This document shows positions 53,186 to 54,851 of a stretch of 54,851 nucleotides of DNA, one piece after another. Within the stretch, counting starts at the first letter, position 1. Each line of letters opens with the position of its first letter. The notes under the pieces are model-generated. The model saw only the letters and a list, made by a program, of their open reading frames with translations, was not told where the DNA came from and ran no database searches. Both the position numbers and the translations under genes were made by a program. Origin of the DNA: Candidatus Hadarchaeum sp. GTDB lineage: Archaea; Hadarchaeota; Hadarchaeia; Hadarchaeales; Hadarchaeaceae. The stretch lies in the NCBI RefSeq assembly GCF_038871235.1, contig NZ_JAVZIN010000011.1:1-54851 (forward strand). Direction: 5' to 3'.

Positions 53186-54851
53186 CTAGGCGGCCACCTT
53201 GACGCTGGACAGGCCAGCTATGTTCTGAACCGTGATCACGTTCGGGACCCCCTCCACGTTCACCAGCCTGCCGGGGGTGATGACGATGTACTGCGCCTCC
53301 TCATCCTTCATCGAATTGAGGATCTCGGTCATCATCTGCTCGCGGTTCTTCGGGTCCATGTGCATCTCGAACTCGTCAATCGCCCGGATCGGTGACTTTA
53401 TCCTCTGCTGAAGAGACAGCAGGAAGCACATGATCGCTGTGGTGCGCTCGCCGCCGCTCTGGGTGTGCGGGTCCAGCACCTGCGGCTCGGCGCCCCTGAA
53501 GCCGACCAGCAGCTGCAGCCCCGCCTCATCGATATCATCAGGATTCTCCAGCCTGACGTCACCGGTGGCGTTGACCCGCTTCAGGATCTCCATGTACCTC
53601 ACCCTGACCTCGCGCAGCAGCTTGTTGATCTCGCTCTTCCACTTCTGCCGGCGCAGGTCAAGCTCCTCAAGGGCCCGCTTTCGGTTGGCCGCGGCGATCT
53701 CCGCCTTTGCCTGCAGCTCCTTGAGGGTGTTCTGGTAGCTCAGGTACATCCGCTCCACATCGGGCGAGACATCGGCGAGGCTGGCCAGCTGGATGTTGGT
53801 TGCCTTCAGCTCGTCCATGACCTCCTGTGGTTTCCTCTTGGTCTCGACCCTAGGCCCAATCTTGTTGGCCTCGGCCTCAACCTCCTCAAGCTCCCGCCTC
53901 GCCTTCCTCAGCTCCGCCTGAACCTCAGAGATATCCTTCTCCAGCAGCTCCCGCTTGAGGCCGAGAACCGCCTCTCTGACCCTGGCGTTGATGTAGGACT
54001 CCTTCGTCCGCTCGCTCTCCTGCTTGGCCTCGACCAGCTTCGACCGGGTTTCCTTCACCCTTTCCACGGCTTCCTGCGCCGCCCTTTGGGCCCGCTTCAG
54101 GTCAGACTCAAAACCAGCCAGAACTTCCTTGAAATCCATCCTGATCTTCTGAAATGTTTTTCCTAGGCTCTCCAGAATCTTGCCCCGCGCCTCGGCCTCG
54201 GCGTGGGCCCTCTCCTGCTCGATGAGCTTCTGATAGGTTGCATCTATCTCGAAGTCGATCTCCTTCAGCCTCTTTTCCAGAGCCTGCTCGTCCCGATTGC
54301 TCTTGGCCAGGTCCTCCTTAACCTCCTTCAGTTCAGCCTCCAGCTCGCCCAGCCTCTGCTCAAGGTTACTCACCGACTCCATCTGTCGGAAGAACTTCGA
54401 CCAGGCCAGCTCGATTTCAAGCTCGAGCTTCTTGGACCCCAGCTCCTGTTTCCTCCTGAAGCGCTGGTACTCTCCCTCCCAGTAGCGCAGCGTCTCCTGG
54501 GCCTTCTCCAGCAGGCTCTTGATCGCCTCCTCCTCGCTGAGGCTGTGGGAAAGCTTTTCCCGGGCCTCCAAGATCATGTCCCGGTATTCCTTCAGCCCGA
54601 CGACCTCCTCCACCACCTTCAGCCTCTCCTTGGCGTCTATGGCCCCGAAGACGTCGATCATGCTCTGGTGCATGATGATGAGCATGTTGTCCGGGTTTAT
54701 CGACAGCCGACGCAGCAGGTGCATGACCTCACCCTTGGTCGAGGCCCGGGAGTTGATCTCGTGCCAGTAGTTGCCATCACGGCTCAGGTAGCGGGAGAGG
54801 ACGATGGTGTCGGAATTTATGCTCGCGATCGGCCGCTTCCCCTCCCTCACC
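53186..54851 (-). CDS. Short SMC5/6-related (coalescin/ClsN-like) SMC ATPase, 5'-truncated
   Basis: Q-loop 'IIMHQ', long coiled coil, signature 'QSGGERT', Walker B/D-loop 'RAIDEFEMHMDP.N', 'QYIVITP'. Confidence 0.88.
   Translation of the reverse strand, partial: VREGKRPIASINSDTIVLSRYLSRDGNYWHEINSRASTKGEVMHLLRRLSINPDNMLIIMHQSMIDVFGAIDAKERLKVVEEVVGLKEYRDMILEAREKLSHSLSEEEAIKSLLEKAQETLRYWEGEYQRFRRKQELGSKKLELEIELAWSKFFRQMESVSNLEQRLGELEAELKEVKEDLAKSNRDEQALEKRLKEIDFEIDATYQKLIEQERAHAEAEARGKILESLGKTFQKIRMDFKEVLAGFESDLKRAQRAAQEAVERVKETRSKLVEAKQESERTKESYINARVREAVLGLKRELLEKDISEVQAELRKARRELEEVEAEANKIGPRVETKRKPQEVMDELKATNIQLASLADVSPDVERMYLSYQNTLKELQAKAEIAAANRKRALEELDLRRQKWKSEINKLLREVRVRYMEILKRVNATGDVRLENPDDIDEAGLQLLVGFRGAEPQVLDPHTQSGGERTTAIMCFLLSLQQRIKSPIRAIDEFEMHMDPKNREQMMTEILNSMKDEEAQYIVITPGRLVNVEGVPNVITVQNIAGLSSVKVAA

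Noticed and set aside
1-54851. CRISPR arrays, tRNA/rRNA genes, integrases or transposases
   Set aside because: No regularly spaced repeats, cloverleafs, rRNA-like tracts or recombinase motifs were seen.

Overview
Archaeal chromosomal segment, mostly GC-rich. The archaeal assignment rests on NAC, a split ArcTGT-C2/PUA protein, Trm5/Taw2, Lhr, a DUF835 fusion, TATA-type promoters and GGTGA/GGAGG ribosome-binding sites. The gene mix suggests an uncultured lineage such as Hadarchaeota, which is inference only. Housekeeping content: a multi-PAS/GAF/DUF835 sensor, a Ubl plus xanthine-dehydrogenase-family Mo-hydroxylase operon, mscL, iscS-iscU, a diaminopimelate-pathway lysine cluster (class III aminotransferase-lysA-lysC-dapA-dapB, asd), guaA, several MFS/MATE transporters, lhr, a GlyA-like enzyme, a MoxR-vWA pair, a serpin and a short SMC5/6-like (coalescin-type) SMC-kleisin-kite operon at the right edge. 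Signals the ORF track misses: (1) an A9 slippery run that would fuse the MoxR ATPase to its vWA partner by a -1 shift; (2) an archaeal H/ACA-like guide RNA whose pocket matches a tRNA D-arm around U13; (3) a ~234-nt multibranched structured RNA that I cannot assign to RNase P, SRP or tRNA; (4) an AT-rich island with a GHKL-ATPase/PD-(D/E)xK nuclease fusion and a decayed nuclease; (5) several probable CTG/ATT starts; (6) an apparently circularly permuted MscL; (7) two unannotated microproteins and a pyrimidine-dimer glycosylase pseudogene. All family calls come from motif recognition by eye, with no database searches.
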